A stretch of DNA of 32,000 nucleotides from Psychrobacter sp. HD31 (GCF_051097895.1 NZ_CP142525.1:2142417-2174416), one strand, 5' to 3'. Counted from the stretch's first letter, positions 7,601 through 16,346 are shown. Numbers and translations: made by a program. Notes: generated from the sequence alone by a model not told the origin.

Positions 7601-9437
7601 GGCTAAAGATGTTAGCTTTGACAGCGTACAAATCACCGACGGAGCCACATTAAATGCAGATGGCATTGACATGGCAAGTGATAAAATCACTAACTTAGCA
7701 GCCGGCACAGAAGACACTGATGCAGTGAATGTTAGTCAGCTAAAAGAGGTTTCAGAGATTGCTAACAAGAGCTTTACCGTTAGTGCTAAAGAAGGGGCTA
7801 AAGATACCATTGGTAAAGATGAAAACATCGACTTTAGTACCGATAGTAACCTAACAGTAGAGTATGATGCAGAGAATAATCAGTTTACCCATGGTCTTGC
7901 TAATATCATTACTGTTGGCGATACAACAGACCAAACTAAAAACCCTATTACCATTAATGGTGATACAGGTACCATTACAGGGTTAACTAACAACATCACC
8001 ACAAATATTGATGATACAACTCAAGAAGTATCACCAAAACCAACCTATGTTAGCGGTAGTGCAGCGACTATCGATGATGTATTAAATGCAGGTTGGAATT
8101 TGCAAGGAAATGGTGACGCTAAAGACTACGTGAGAGCGTTTGATACAGTTAATTTTGCTGATGGCAGTGCAACAACAGCGGTCGTTAGTACAGATAGTAG
8201 CACCAATACAAGTAAAGTTGTCTATAACGTGAATGTAGATAACGATACGATCAAGATTGTTGATAACAAACTTGAAGTTAACACCGATGCTATCGCAGGG
8301 CAAACCAGCTTAACTTATAAATCAAATACTGATGATGGCACTAAAAAAACGGTTTCATTATCAGATGGTTTAGACTTTACAAACGGTGCTAATGGTAATA
8401 TCACGGCAAGTGTTGATGACGATGGTAAAGTGCAACATACACTGAATAAAGACATTAACCTTGATAGTGTAACCACAGGTGATACCGTCATGAATGCTGA
8501 TGGAATTACGATTAGCAATGGTAATTCAGGTAGTTCGATTAGTTTGACTAAGGATGGGCTAGATAATGGTGGTAATAAAATTACAAATGTTGCTAAAGGC
8601 ACTGCCGATACCGATGCGGTTAATGTTAGTCAGCTTAAATCGTCTGTTGCTGCTGCAAAAACTGAAGTGACAGCAGGCACAAATATTGCCAGTGTGGATA
8701 AAACCACAGGAGATAATGACCAAACCATTTATACCATTAATGCGAAAGGTGCGAGTGCATCGGCTGGTTCTAGTTATGTAACTGTTAATAGTTCAGATGC
8801 TGGTGATAATGTAACTGACTATAAAGTTGATGTAGCGCAAAATGTGAAAGATGCGACTGAAAAAGCACTTAACGAAGGCTTAACCTTTACTGGTGATAGT
8901 GGCTCTACTAATGAAGAGCTACTGGGAAGCACAGTAGCCGTCACGGGTGATAGCAATATCACAACCAAGGCATCTGGCAATGAGATAAACGTTAGTTTAA
9001 ATGACGATATCAGCGTTAATAGTGTGAAAGCGAACAATGTTAACGTGGCAGATGAGTTAAGCGTAACTAAAGGTGCCAATATTAATATGGGTGGTAACCA
9101 AATCCATAACGTTGGGGCTGGTGAGGCACCTGATGATGCCGTTAATGTAAGTCAATTGAATGATCTTGGTAATAAGCTAGATAATAAGATTGGCAGTGTT
9201 GCTGAAGATTCTAATGCGGGTATCTCATCTGCAATGGCACAAGCAGCTATTCCACAAGCATATATCCCTGGTAAAACCATGCTTGCTGGTGGTATTGCAA
9301 CCTATAATGGTGAGGGAGCCGCAGCGATTGGTGTTTCCAAGTTGTCTGACAATGGTCGCTGGGTAATTAAGCTAAGTGGTTCTGCAGATACTCAAGGCAA
9401 TGCAGGTGCATCTGCAGGTATTGGTATGCACTTTTAA
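6456..9437 (+). CDS. TAA stalk plus YadA-like C-terminal membrane-anchor fragment. This is the continuation of the upstream ORF in a different frame.
   Basis: The nominal TTG start at 6456 has no signal peptide. The sequence continues the repeat unit (TEVKTLDQDDNVANF..) exactly. A coiled-coil segment (LNDLGNKLDNKIG) is followed by the anchor AGISSAMAQAAIPQAYIPGKTMLAGGIATYNGEGAAAIGVSKLSDNGRWVIKLSGSADTQGNAGASAGIGMHF, ending in an aromatic residue. A rho-independent terminator follows. Confidence 0.9.
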   Translation: MITEVKTLDQDDNVANFKTGDNIVLTDDSGSIKIATADEVEFTKVTVGPVVTTATGIDMGSQKITNLAAGTAGTDAVNVDQLKQYSSAATTEVVSNGNTSVTKETGSNGQTIYQVAAEDTTVSVGDGLTVTPTLTDSTDGDAGVDDYKVELSQDTQDSLDKADSALQEIVTQIDGTEVKTLDQDDNVANFKTGDNIVLTDDSGSIKIATADEVEFTKVTVGPVVTTATGIDMGSQKITNLAAGTAGTDAVNVDQLKQYSSAATTEVVSNGNTSVTKETGSNGQTIYQVAAEDTTVSVGDGLTVTPTLTDSTDGDAGVDDYKVELSQDTQDSLDKADSALQEIVTQIDGTEVKMLDQDDNVANFKTGDNIVLTDDSGSIKIATAKDVSFDSVQITDGATLNADGIDMASDKITNLAAGTEDTDAVNVSQLKEVSEIANKSFTVSAKEGAKDTIGKDENIDFSTDSNLTVEYDAENNQFTHGLANIITVGDTTDQTKNPITINGDTGTITGLTNNITTNIDDTTQEVSPKPTYVSGSAATIDDVLNAGWNLQGNGDAKDYVRAFDTVNFADGSATTAVVSTDSSTNTSKVVYNVNVDNDTIKIVDNKLEVNTDAIAGQTSLTYKSNTDDGTKKTVSLSDGLDFTNGANGNITASVDDDGKVQHTLNKDINLDSVTTGDTVMNADGITISNGNSGSSISLTKDGLDNGGNKITNVAKGTADTDAVNVSQLKSSVAAAKTEVTAGTNIASVDKTTGDNDQTIYTINAKGASASAGSSYVTVNSSDAGDNVTDYKVDVAQNVKDATEKALNEGLTFTGDSGSTNEELLGSTVAVTGDSNITTKASGNEINVSLNDDISVNSVKANNVNVADELSVTKGANINMGGNQIHNVGAGEAPDDAVNVSQLNDLGNKLDNKIGSVAEDSNAGISSAMAQAAIPQAYIPGKTMLAGGIATYNGEGAAAIGVSKLSDNGRWVIKLSGSADTQGNAGASAGIGMHF

Positions 9438-9458
9438 GATTTAGTTTGGCTTTTAACA

Positions 9459-9491
9459 AAAAACGCTCTCAGTTGAGGGCGTTTTTTATTT
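9459..9491 (+). terminator. Rho-independent terminator of the TAA gene.
   Basis: AAACGCTCTC (9461-9470) pairs with GAGGGCGTTT (9475-9484), including one G-U pair. The loop is AGTT, and a TTTTTTATTTT run follows. Confidence 0.8.
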
Positions 9492-9520
9492 TAGACGTTT
9501 TTGATACTAGAATATTGTTT

Positions 9521-9557
9521 ATAAAAAACGTCATCTTTGCTTTGGCAAAAATGACGT
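9521..9557 (-). terminator. Rho-independent terminator of the TonB-dependent receptor gene.
   Basis: ACGTCATCTTTGC (9528-9540) pairs with GCAAAAATGACGT (9545-9557) in a 13-bp stem with one mismatch and a TTTG loop. The A-run at 9522-9528 gives a U-run on the minus-strand transcript. Confidence 0.75.
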
Positions 9558-9595
9558 AGGATAGTTGTTTGTGTAAACAATAAATGGCTTAGGTG

Positions 9596-11476
9596 TTAGA
9601 ACCAAGTATAGGTTAGTGAACCAAAGTAGTTTCTTCCATCTGTCGCATATTCTGTTCCACGCTGATTAGAGATAGTATACTCTTCATCTGTAACATTATT
9701 AACACGTAGACCTATAGATAAACTATCATTAACATAATAATTACCAGAGATATTTACCAAAGTGTAGTCATCTAATTTGGTGGTATTGCTAACATCTGTA
9801 TAATGTTCGCCTACGTATTGAGCTTCAAGGCGTGTATCAAAGTTATTGCCTTCATAACCAACATAAGCGACACCTTTGTGTTCTGGGCGGTAAAAAAGCT
9901 GATTACCTTTGTTTTTTTCATCTAAGTTTTCACTATCAATATAGTCGTAACCTGCACCAAATAGTACATTATTTACGTTCCAGTCAGAAGTTAGGCTAAT
10001 GCCTTTTACATCTGCTTTATTGATATTTTTTCCACCAGCGATTAAGTTTTCAATATTGTTTTCATAACCCGTTAAACGGGTACGTTGGTTTTGGTTTCCA
10101 TATTCAACAAAAACTTCAGTGTTTCTACTGGTTTCAGGTTCAAGGTTTGGGTTACCGAAAGATGGCCAGTACAACTCATTAAAAGTAGGTGCTCTAAAGC
10201 CAGTTGAATAAGCAGCACCAATACGTAATCCTTCAACTGGTTTAACGGCAGCACCAATGTTATAGGTATTGTTTGAACCATATTGTGAATCATTGGCGTT
10301 ACGATAGTTAGCTTGAAGATCCCATACATCACCAGCTAACTGATATCCAGCAAATACACTTTTAGTGTTACGCTTGTTTTTAGTATAAGCGGTATCAGCG
10401 TTTACTTTTTGGCTATTGTATTCTGCACCTGCTATGAGAATTGAATTTTCTCCTACCTTCACATTGCTATCGACACGGCTATTTTGTATCAAGGTGTTAA
10501 ATTGACTGCCGGTTTTATCGTTATTACCATCGGCATAAGCAGTGCTGTAATCCATGCTATAACCCTGAGTAAAGCGGGTAGTAGCCAAATCATCTTTGTA
10601 TTCAATATAAACATTGGCTGCACCGTTTTTTTGGTCAGAGTATGAATATGGATAAGGAGGTTGTTTCCAAGGATTAGCATCATATTCAGTTTCAGATTGG
10701 TTATAATATGCGTTTAAACCAGCTGACAAGTTATTTGACAGCTTTTGACTTGCTGCAAGGTGAGCACCATACAAAGTAAAACCATCATTATCATCTACTT
10801 TGTTACTGCCTTTTTTTACAGCATTAAATCCATTTGTTTTGGTATGGTTAAGACCGGCACTTAATTTTGTGTCTGCATCTGCGTATTGACCAGTTGCACC
10901 CACCATAAAATGATCATTTGATCCGTAACCTGCGGTAATTTGTGCATTTGAATAGTCTTCATTGCCAGTAATGTCATTACCTTTAGTAAAGATCTGAATT
11001 ACACCACCCATGGCATTTGCACCATAAATACTAGAGCCAGATGCCCCGTGTAAGATTTCAATACGACTTACTTGCGCTATCGATAATAAATTAAGGGCAG
11101 GCGTACCAAGCGTAGCAGACTGATATGGTACACCATCAATTAATACTAAAACTTGTTTGCTGTCATAGCCACGCAAATAAAAGTTACTGCTTGTACCTAA
11201 GCCACCATCTTGTTTTACATTAAAACCAGCTTGTGATTTTAAAACATCTAACACAGTTTTACCTTGATAGCGCTGTAAATCTTGCTCGTCAATGACTGTC
11301 GTTTGTGCAATCACATCACTCACTTTGCTTGGAGCACGAGTAGAAGTAACCGTGATAGGATCTAAATTAACAACTGGTAGGTTGGCGTTATTAGCAAAAC
11401 TAATAGTAGAAAGAGGGCTAATGGCTGCAAAAATGGCAGAATTGATAGCAATATATTTTGGTTTTAAAACAATCAT
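9596..11476 (-). CDS. TonB-dependent outer-membrane receptor, BtuB-like (vitamin B12-type family).
   Basis: The protein is 626 aa with a signal peptide and a TonB-box-like DPITVTSTR. Plug motifs are FYLRGYDSKQVLVLIDGV and GASGSSIYGANAMGGVIQI. The segments DNDGF, FRAPTFNELY..GNPNLEPE and the C-terminal GSLTYTWF resemble E. coli BtuB as I recall it. No cobalamin riboswitch lies upstream, so the substrate is uncertain. Confidence 0.85.
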   Translation of the reverse strand: MIVLKPKYIAINSAIFAAISPLSTISFANNANLPVVNLDPITVTSTRAPSKVSDVIAQTTVIDEQDLQRYQGKTVLDVLKSQAGFNVKQDGGLGTSSNFYLRGYDSKQVLVLIDGVPYQSATLGTPALNLLSIAQVSRIEILHGASGSSIYGANAMGGVIQIFTKGNDITGNEDYSNAQITAGYGSNDHFMVGATGQYADADTKLSAGLNHTKTNGFNAVKKGSNKVDDNDGFTLYGAHLAASQKLSNNLSAGLNAYYNQSETEYDANPWKQPPYPYSYSDQKNGAANVYIEYKDDLATTRFTQGYSMDYSTAYADGNNDKTGSQFNTLIQNSRVDSNVKVGENSILIAGAEYNSQKVNADTAYTKNKRNTKSVFAGYQLAGDVWDLQANYRNANDSQYGSNNTYNIGAAVKPVEGLRIGAAYSTGFRAPTFNELYWPSFGNPNLEPETSRNTEVFVEYGNQNQRTRLTGYENNIENLIAGGKNINKADVKGISLTSDWNVNNVLFGAGYDYIDSENLDEKNKGNQLFYRPEHKGVAYVGYEGNNFDTRLEAQYVGEHYTDVSNTTKLDDYTLVNISGNYYVNDSLSIGLRVNNVTDEEYTISNQRGTEYATDGRNYFGSLTYTWF

Positions 11477-11562
11477 AAAGACTCTGTTAAGTTAATGGAA
11501 ATGAAAAATAGCAATTATATCAATTAATTTAACAAACTAAAATGTTTAGATATATTAAATTA

Positions 11563-11600
11563 ATAAAATAAAAAACTCGCTCAAATGTTGAACGAGTTTT
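11563..11600 (-). terminator. Rho-independent terminator of the symporter gene.
   Basis: ACTCGCTCAA (11575-11584) pairs with TTGAACGAGT (11588-11597) in a 10-bp stem with one mismatch. The AAAATAAAAA run on the plus strand gives a U-run on the minus-strand RNA. Confidence 0.7.
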
Positions 11601-11637
11601 TAAAAACATGTAATAAGCTACTAAAAGCTATTGTGGG

Positions 11638-13104
11638 TTATTTATCGTTTAGACGATCTTCCCAGAAAGTAGCATCTTTAATACCTAATTTTTTAGGGTC
11701 AAAAGTGTAGTCAGTAATACCAGCTTTACGCTGTTTTTCATAGTCTTTAAGGGCAACTAAAGCAGGTTTAGCAATAAAGAATACAACTAATAAACCAACA
11801 ATGTTTAACCAAGCCATTAAACCAACGCCAACATCACCAACGCCCCAGATATAACCAGCACTACTTAGACCACCATAGGCTGCAGCAGCCATTACTGAAC
11901 ACTTCACTAAGAAAAGTCCAATTTTTTGGGCACCGGCACCCATTTTACGGGTAAGGTAAGCGACGTTTACTTCCGCAATGTAGTAATAAGCTAAAATAGT
12001 AGTAAAGGCAAAGAAGAAAATCGCCACAGCAACAAAAATATCACCAAATGAACCAAAAGTAGAGTTCATTGCCATTTGCGTAAAGGCTGGAGAGCTAATC
12101 TCAGTAGCAGCGTCTACATTTTGTACTAAGAAACCGTTTTCTAACGAGCCTTTGATATTGTACATACCAGTTGATAAAATCATAAAGGCAGTGGCAGAAC
12201 AAACAAATAAGGTATCAACATAAACTGAAAATGCTTGTACCAAACCTTGTTGTGCAGGGTGGGCAACGTGTGCAGCACCAGCCATATGAGGACCAGAACC
12301 TTGACCTGCTTCGTTAGAGTAAACACCACGTTTTACACCCCAACCAATGGCAGCACCAAAGCCCGCTTGTGCAGTAAATGCATCGCCAATAATCATACCA
12401 AACACGTGCGGCACTTGTTCAAAGTTCATTGCCATGATGATTAGTGCCATTACAATATAGCCACCTGCCATGAAAGGAACCACAAACTGTGTAAAGTTGG
12501 CAATACGTCTAATGCCACCAAAAATAATGACTGCTAATACAATTAAGATAATTGCTAATGCACCATAACGTGTGCCTTCACCACCAACTTGAACAACGGC
12601 TTCAACCACACCGTTAGCCTGTACACCTGGTAGGAAGAATGCTTCTGCAATAATCGCACAAATGGCAAATACTACGGCATAACCTTTGTTGCCTAAAGCA
12701 CGTTCAAAGTAATAAGCAGGACCACCACGGTATTCGCCCGTTAATGGATCTTTTTCTTTATAAATTTGCGCAAGTGTTGATTCAACATAAGCAGTCGCAG
12801 CACCTAAAAAGGCAACCATCCACATCCAAAAAACAGCACCAGGGCCACCAAAACCAATTGCTGCAGCAACACCAGCGATGTTACCCATACCAACACGGCC
12901 AGACAATGCCACGGCTAGAGCCTGAAAAGATGAGATACCTTCGTTGTTTGACTCACCTTTAAATAATAGGCGTAACATTTCTTTAAACAAGCGTACTTGC
13001 ATAAAGCGAGTTAAAATAGAATAAAAAAGACCTGCACCCAAGCATAAATAGATCAGAGCAGAACTCCAAATCCAACCATTCATCCACCCAATAAAAGCTT
13101 CCAT
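11638..13104 (-). CDS. Sodium:alanine (alanine/glycine:cation) symporter family protein (AGCS).
   Basis: The protein is a 488-aa polytopic membrane protein. It carries the family-typical segment SSFQALAVALSGRVGMGNIAGVAAAIGFGGPGAVFWMW. A GGAGG Shine-Dalgarno sequence sits 8 nt upstream on the minus strand (CCTCC at about 13114). Confidence 0.9.
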   Translation of the reverse strand: MEAFIGWMNGWIWSSALIYLCLGAGLFYSILTRFMQVRLFKEMLRLLFKGESNNEGISSFQALAVALSGRVGMGNIAGVAAAIGFGGPGAVFWMWMVAFLGAATAYVESTLAQIYKEKDPLTGEYRGGPAYYFERALGNKGYAVVFAICAIIAEAFFLPGVQANGVVEAVVQVGGEGTRYGALAIILIVLAVIIFGGIRRIANFTQFVVPFMAGGYIVMALIIMAMNFEQVPHVFGMIIGDAFTAQAGFGAAIGWGVKRGVYSNEAGQGSGPHMAGAAHVAHPAQQGLVQAFSVYVDTLFVCSATAFMILSTGMYNIKGSLENGFLVQNVDAATEISSPAFTQMAMNSTFGSFGDIFVAVAIFFFAFTTILAYYYIAEVNVAYLTRKMGAGAQKIGLFLVKCSVMAAAAYGGLSSAGYIWGVGDVGVGLMAWLNIVGLLVVFFIAKPALVALKDYEKQRKAGITDYTFDPKKLGIKDATFWEDRLNDK

Positions 13105-13706
13105 TAAAAATCCTCCAACTTTTAATGATTTTGTATTTATCTAACAAACATACTGTTTAATGCAACTTGGTTAATATGTTTGATGCCTTCCTTTTTATTA
13201 AATACAAAATCATTATTATGTATTAACTTACCTGCTAACATTTTTTATTTTTATTCAGTGCTCATAAAAATAAAAAAAGTAAACAGAAAAAACGAATCAA
13301 AATAAAATTTTAATTTTGCTAAAAACAACAACAGCGTTTATTGCTATTGCTATTTATAGCGGGATTACTTACAGAATATTGCATAATGTAACTGTAAAGT
13401 TACTCAAATTTGCCATATTTTTTAAATAATTACCAGTAAAAAAAATAAATTCTGAGTTTTTTTGTCAACTTTTTGTATTAATTGATAAGATTTGTCACAG
13501 CCGCCTTGTTTTTGGTTTAAAAAAACTCCATAAAATAGTTATGCTATTGAATAGCATCTTATTTTTTGTTTTATTGTTAATAAAGTTGCGAAAAGCAAAA
13601 ATTCAGTTAATATTTTATGTTAAGACCTTTTATATATACCTATTAGGGTGTTTAAAAGCTATTATTGTTTTATCTAACGTAAATTGTATTTTATTAGGAG
13701 TAGCTC

Positions 13707-14348
13707 ATGCGTTCTACCAAATCTGTTTTAAAACCACTGGCTCTATCAACAATGATTGGTTTGTCTTCTGTTAGCTTAACAGGTTGTGGATATAACCAAC
13801 TACAAGCACAAGATGAATCTGTTACTGCCGCTTGGAGCGAGGTAACTAACCAATATCAACGCCGTGCTGATTTAATTGATAACTTGGTTGAAGTTACTAA
13901 AAAATATGCATCGCACGAAAAAGACGTATTTACAGAGGTTGCACAGGCGCGTTCTCAAATTAGTGGTATGAATGTGACGCCTGAAGTACTAAACGACCCA
14001 GCAATGCTTAAAAAATATCAAGAAGCGCAATCAAATATGGGTGGTGCTTTATCTCGTTTAATGGCGGTTTCTGAGCGTTATCCTAACTTAAAAGCAGATG
14101 CCTTGTTTCAAGACTTAACAGCGCAGTTAGAAGGCACAGAAAACCGTATCTCAGTTGCTCGTAATCGTTATATTGAAGAAGTAAAAGGCTATAATACCAC
14201 TGTGCGTCAGTTCCCGACGAATTTAACAGCCATGGTATTTGGTATGGATAGAAAAGAAAACTTTTCGGTTGAAAATGAAGCGGCAATTTCTACAGCACCT
14301 AAAGTTGACTTTGGTGATAGTAATACGGCAGAAGCTTCTTCAAAATAA
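13707..14348 (+). CDS. LemA family lipoprotein.
   Basis: The protein is 213 aa with a lipobox LTGC. The LemA core reads AWSEVTNQYQRRADLIDNLVEVTKKYASHEKDVFTEV..RYPNLKAD. An AGGAG Shine-Dalgarno sequence lies at about 13695. Confidence 0.9.
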   Translation: MRSTKSVLKPLALSTMIGLSSVSLTGCGYNQLQAQDESVTAAWSEVTNQYQRRADLIDNLVEVTKKYASHEKDVFTEVAQARSQISGMNVTPEVLNDPAMLKKYQEAQSNMGGALSRLMAVSERYPNLKADALFQDLTAQLEGTENRISVARNRYIEEVKGYNTTVRQFPTNLTAMVFGMDRKENFSVENEAAISTAPKVDFGDSNTAEASSK

Positions 14349-14534
14349 TTTGGGACAAGCTTTTTTCACTAAAGTTTGTTTGCTAATTGTTTAAGTTTTA
14401 GTTGCTTATCATTTAACACAATGGTAAGCACGCCTGTTTTTTTACTTTAATCGGCTTTTTAGCTAGTTTTGGTATTTGGGTATTGCCCCAACTTGTTTAT
14501 TTTTATTCATTTTATTGATTGAGATTTTATCCTT

Positions 14535-15692
14535 ATGTTGTCATCAAATCGCTTGTTGTCTGCTGTGTTATTAAGCTTTGGGTTGTCTGTTTCTATGGCA
14601 ACCACAGCTGCAAATGACAGCAATCAATCTAATGAGGCCATTGCCGTTGCCAGTGCTGATACTACAAATAGTGCCTCTAATGAAGGTATTGCCGAAGACA
14701 TTGTTGTGATTGGGCAAGTTGCCAAAAAAAATGAAGCAGTAAACGAGGCCGTTTTAGGCAATGATGCACTTGGTGGCATTTTTCCTGAAGCACTTGGTGG
14801 CAATGCAGGTGATGCAGGCGAAGAAACACCAGCAGCAGCGCCTAAAAAAAATGGAGAACCTCGTACTTCTACAGCTAAAGGAGTTGAGGCAGATAAACTG
14901 ATACTCAATGAGCCTGTTATCGATGAAGCTAACATTTTAAGTGCCTCAGAAAAGCAGTATTTAATCCAAAGGCTACGCAGTATTTATGAACAAGGCAAAG
15001 CCCAAGCTGCCATTGTGATTGTACCAACAACCAATGGTATGGATACTTTTAGCTATGCCATGAAAATTGCAGACAGATGGCAACTGGGCGAGAAAGATAC
15101 CGATGACGGTTTGTTGATTTTAGTATCTATTAATGACCGTGATATGTATATATTAACCGGTTATGGTTTAGAAGGTGTGCTGCCTGATGTAAGACTAAAA
15201 CGTATTATCCGTAATGATATCACCCCTTATTTTAAAGTGGGTGATTATGCTGGTGGATTGGATGTTGGTTTAACTAGAATTGAAGAAAGGCTCAATGCTG
15301 ACCCAGAAGTTTTGGCACAAAGAGATGCACAAGACTCGGTTTCTGCTAATGCACCAAGCCCGCTATTTTTATTTTTAATTGCCTTTATTTTTGGCAAAAT
15401 CATTACAGCCATTTTTGGTCGCTTTTTAGGTGGTTTAATGGTCTCTGGTGGTTTTTTTGCAGGGTCAATGGCGTTAGGTGGTGGCTTAGTGTTTTCTGCT
15501 GTGTTAGCTTTTGTTTTATGGATAGTTATGTTGGTGTCTGGTGGCTCAGGTGGTGGCAAAGGCGGACGTGGCGGTGGTCGTGGTCCAATTATTGTACCAG
15601 GTGGTGGTTTTGGTGGCGGTGGCTTTGGTTCTGGCGGCTTTGGCGGCGGCGGTGGTGGTTTTGGCGGCGGCGGTGCTGGTGGCGGCTGGTAA
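14535..15692 (+). CDS. TPM-domain protein (YgcG-like) with membrane segments and a Gly-rich C-terminal tail.
   Basis: A signal peptide is followed by about 110 aa of low-complexity Ala/Asn/Glu-rich sequence. The TPM core reads VIDEANILS..KAQAAIVIVPTT..DDGLLILVSINDRDMYILTGYGLEG. Hydrophobic segments then lead into a GGFGGGG-type tail. Confidence 0.85.
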   Translation: MLSSNRLLSAVLLSFGLSVSMATTAANDSNQSNEAIAVASADTTNSASNEGIAEDIVVIGQVAKKNEAVNEAVLGNDALGGIFPEALGGNAGDAGEETPAAAPKKNGEPRTSTAKGVEADKLILNEPVIDEANILSASEKQYLIQRLRSIYEQGKAQAAIVIVPTTNGMDTFSYAMKIADRWQLGEKDTDDGLLILVSINDRDMYILTGYGLEGVLPDVRLKRIIRNDITPYFKVGDYAGGLDVGLTRIEERLNADPEVLAQRDAQDSVSANAPSPLFLFLIAFIFGKIITAIFGRFLGGLMVSGGFFAGSMALGGGLVFSAVLAFVLWIVMLVSGGSGGGKGGRGGGRGPIIVPGGGFGGGGFGSGGFGGGGGGFGGGGAGGGW

Positions 15693-15747
15693 AGCCTGTT
15701 TCTGTTTGTTTTTAAAAATTGGTTATATAATCTCGTTAGGTATTTAA

Positions 15748-16269
15748 ATGGAACAAGTAAAATCTCAACCAAGCTTTGCAAGATGGTGGCGCCAAGTTTG
15801 CTTTGTACCCATGTTGCATGGCAAATGGGTAACGGCTGAGTTTAAACAAAGAATAACTCAAAAAGTAACAGAATCCGAACAAGGGCACTGTGGCGAGGTT
15901 TATTTTATTATTGAAAATAATATACCAGTTACCAGTGCCTATCGTGTAAATTGCCGTGAGCGAGCCATTAACTTATTTGGTGAGCATAGAGTTTGGGATA
16001 CTGAAGAAAACACAGGTGTTTTGGTATATGTGAATGTTTGTGAACGAACGCTGGATATTGTTGCAGACCGGGGTATTAATGCACATGTTAGCCCCACCAT
16101 GTGGAAGGCAATGTGTGATAAAGCCGTGGCAGGACTTGCAAAAGGAGATGTTGAGCAAAGTCTTAGTGAACTGCTTAATGAAATAGGGCAGTTGTTGCGT
16201 CAATATTATCAATTAGAAGATGACCCTGAAGGCAACGAGTTGTCTGATACGGTTGTACATTTGCGTTAA
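15748..16269 (+). CDS. TPM-domain protein (second, cytoplasmic-type member of the LemA/TPM module).
   Basis: The protein is 173 aa. It carries ..ITQKVTESEQGHCGEVYFIIE..NTGVLVYVNVCERTLDIVADRGI.., which is typical of short TPM/DUF477-like proteins encoded after LemA and YgcG. Confidence 0.8.
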   Translation: MEQVKSQPSFARWWRQVCFVPMLHGKWVTAEFKQRITQKVTESEQGHCGEVYFIIENNIPVTSAYRVNCRERAINLFGEHRVWDTEENTGVLVYVNVCERTLDIVADRGINAHVSPTMWKAMCDKAVAGLAKGDVEQSLSELLNEIGQLLRQYYQLEDDPEGNELSDTVVHLR

Positions 16270-16310
16270 ATTCAATATCCCAAAAGTCTAAAAAAATTTT
16301 TTATAATCAA

Positions 16311-16346
16311 AAAAGCACTTATCTTTAAAAGATAGGTGCTTTTTTG
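16311..16346 (+). terminator. Rho-independent terminator of the LemA-TPM-TPM operon.
   Basis: AGCACTTATCT (16314-16324) pairs with AGATAGGTGCT (16330-16340) in an 11-bp stem with one G-U pair. A TTTTT run follows. Confidence 0.85.

Larger units (their letters stand above)
2..9437 (+). pseudogene. Giant trimeric autotransporter adhesin (YadA/Hia/Ata-like). It is 5'-truncated by the window edge and appears to be one gene split by a 2-nt deletion at 6460/6461.
   Basis: Frame 2 is open from position 2 with no stop, so the ATG at 47 is internal. Head-type repeats of the form SxAxG/ATGxxSxAT are present. Neck-like motifs (NLAAG..DAVNVSQL, TDAINGSQLYAV) are each followed by a xYFHxN head restart at about 214, 2110, 3313 and 4412. 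The last ~75 aa, SAMAQAAIPQAY...GASAGIGMHF*, form a YadA-type beta-barrel anchor. The two ORFs join seamlessly if the GG seen in sister repeat copies is restored. Confidence 0.6.

Noticed and set aside
604-9079. A series of minus-strand ORFs of 60-180 aa (for example 604..987, 1015..1293, 5296..5832, 5932..6114, 6434..6631, 6968..7150, 8315..8602), plus the Gln-rich plus-strand ORF 2478..2666, all inside the TAA gene.
   Set aside because: All lie antisense to or out of frame with a strongly supported giant CDS. Their Ser/Val/Leu/Thr-rich or Gln-rich low-complexity translations are what an Ala/Thr/Gly/Asn-rich repetitive gene produces in other frames. They repeat with the same 519-bp period.
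11477-11560. A Fur box upstream of the TonB-dependent receptor.
   Set aside because: The best AT-rich candidate, around GATATAATTGCTATTTTTC on the minus strand, matches only about 10 of 19 positions of GATAATGATAATCATTATC. In AT-rich DNA that is not distinguishable from background.
13105-13500. A glycine riboswitch upstream of the sodium:alanine symporter, a frequent association.
   Set aside because: No GGAGAG...ACCGAAGGGGCAA-type conserved cores appear on the minus strand. The region is almost pure A/T.
13541-13774. A 77-aa ORF overlapping the lemA start.
   Set aside because: It lies in extremely AT-rich DNA and its Leu/Ile/Phe/Lys-rich product is typical of random AT-rich ORFs. It has no Shine-Dalgarno sequence and overlaps the well-supported lemA start.
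14404-14443. A hairpin, GCTTATCATT-TAACAC-AATGGTAAGC, between lemA and the TPM gene, considered as an internal terminator.
   Set aside because: The stem has a mismatch, and the T-run is separated from it by 7 nt (ACGCCTG). This is not a canonical intrinsic terminator. It may be a weak attenuator or processing site, but the sequence alone cannot support that.
15245-15781. A Pro-rich 178-aa minus-strand ORF, together with the Trp/Arg-rich and Val/Ala-rich plus-strand ORFs 15518..15747.
   Set aside because: These are mirror or alternate-frame readings of the GGN-rich tail of the TPM protein; a Gly-rich coding tract gives a Pro-rich antisense translation. They are artefacts of codon repetition.
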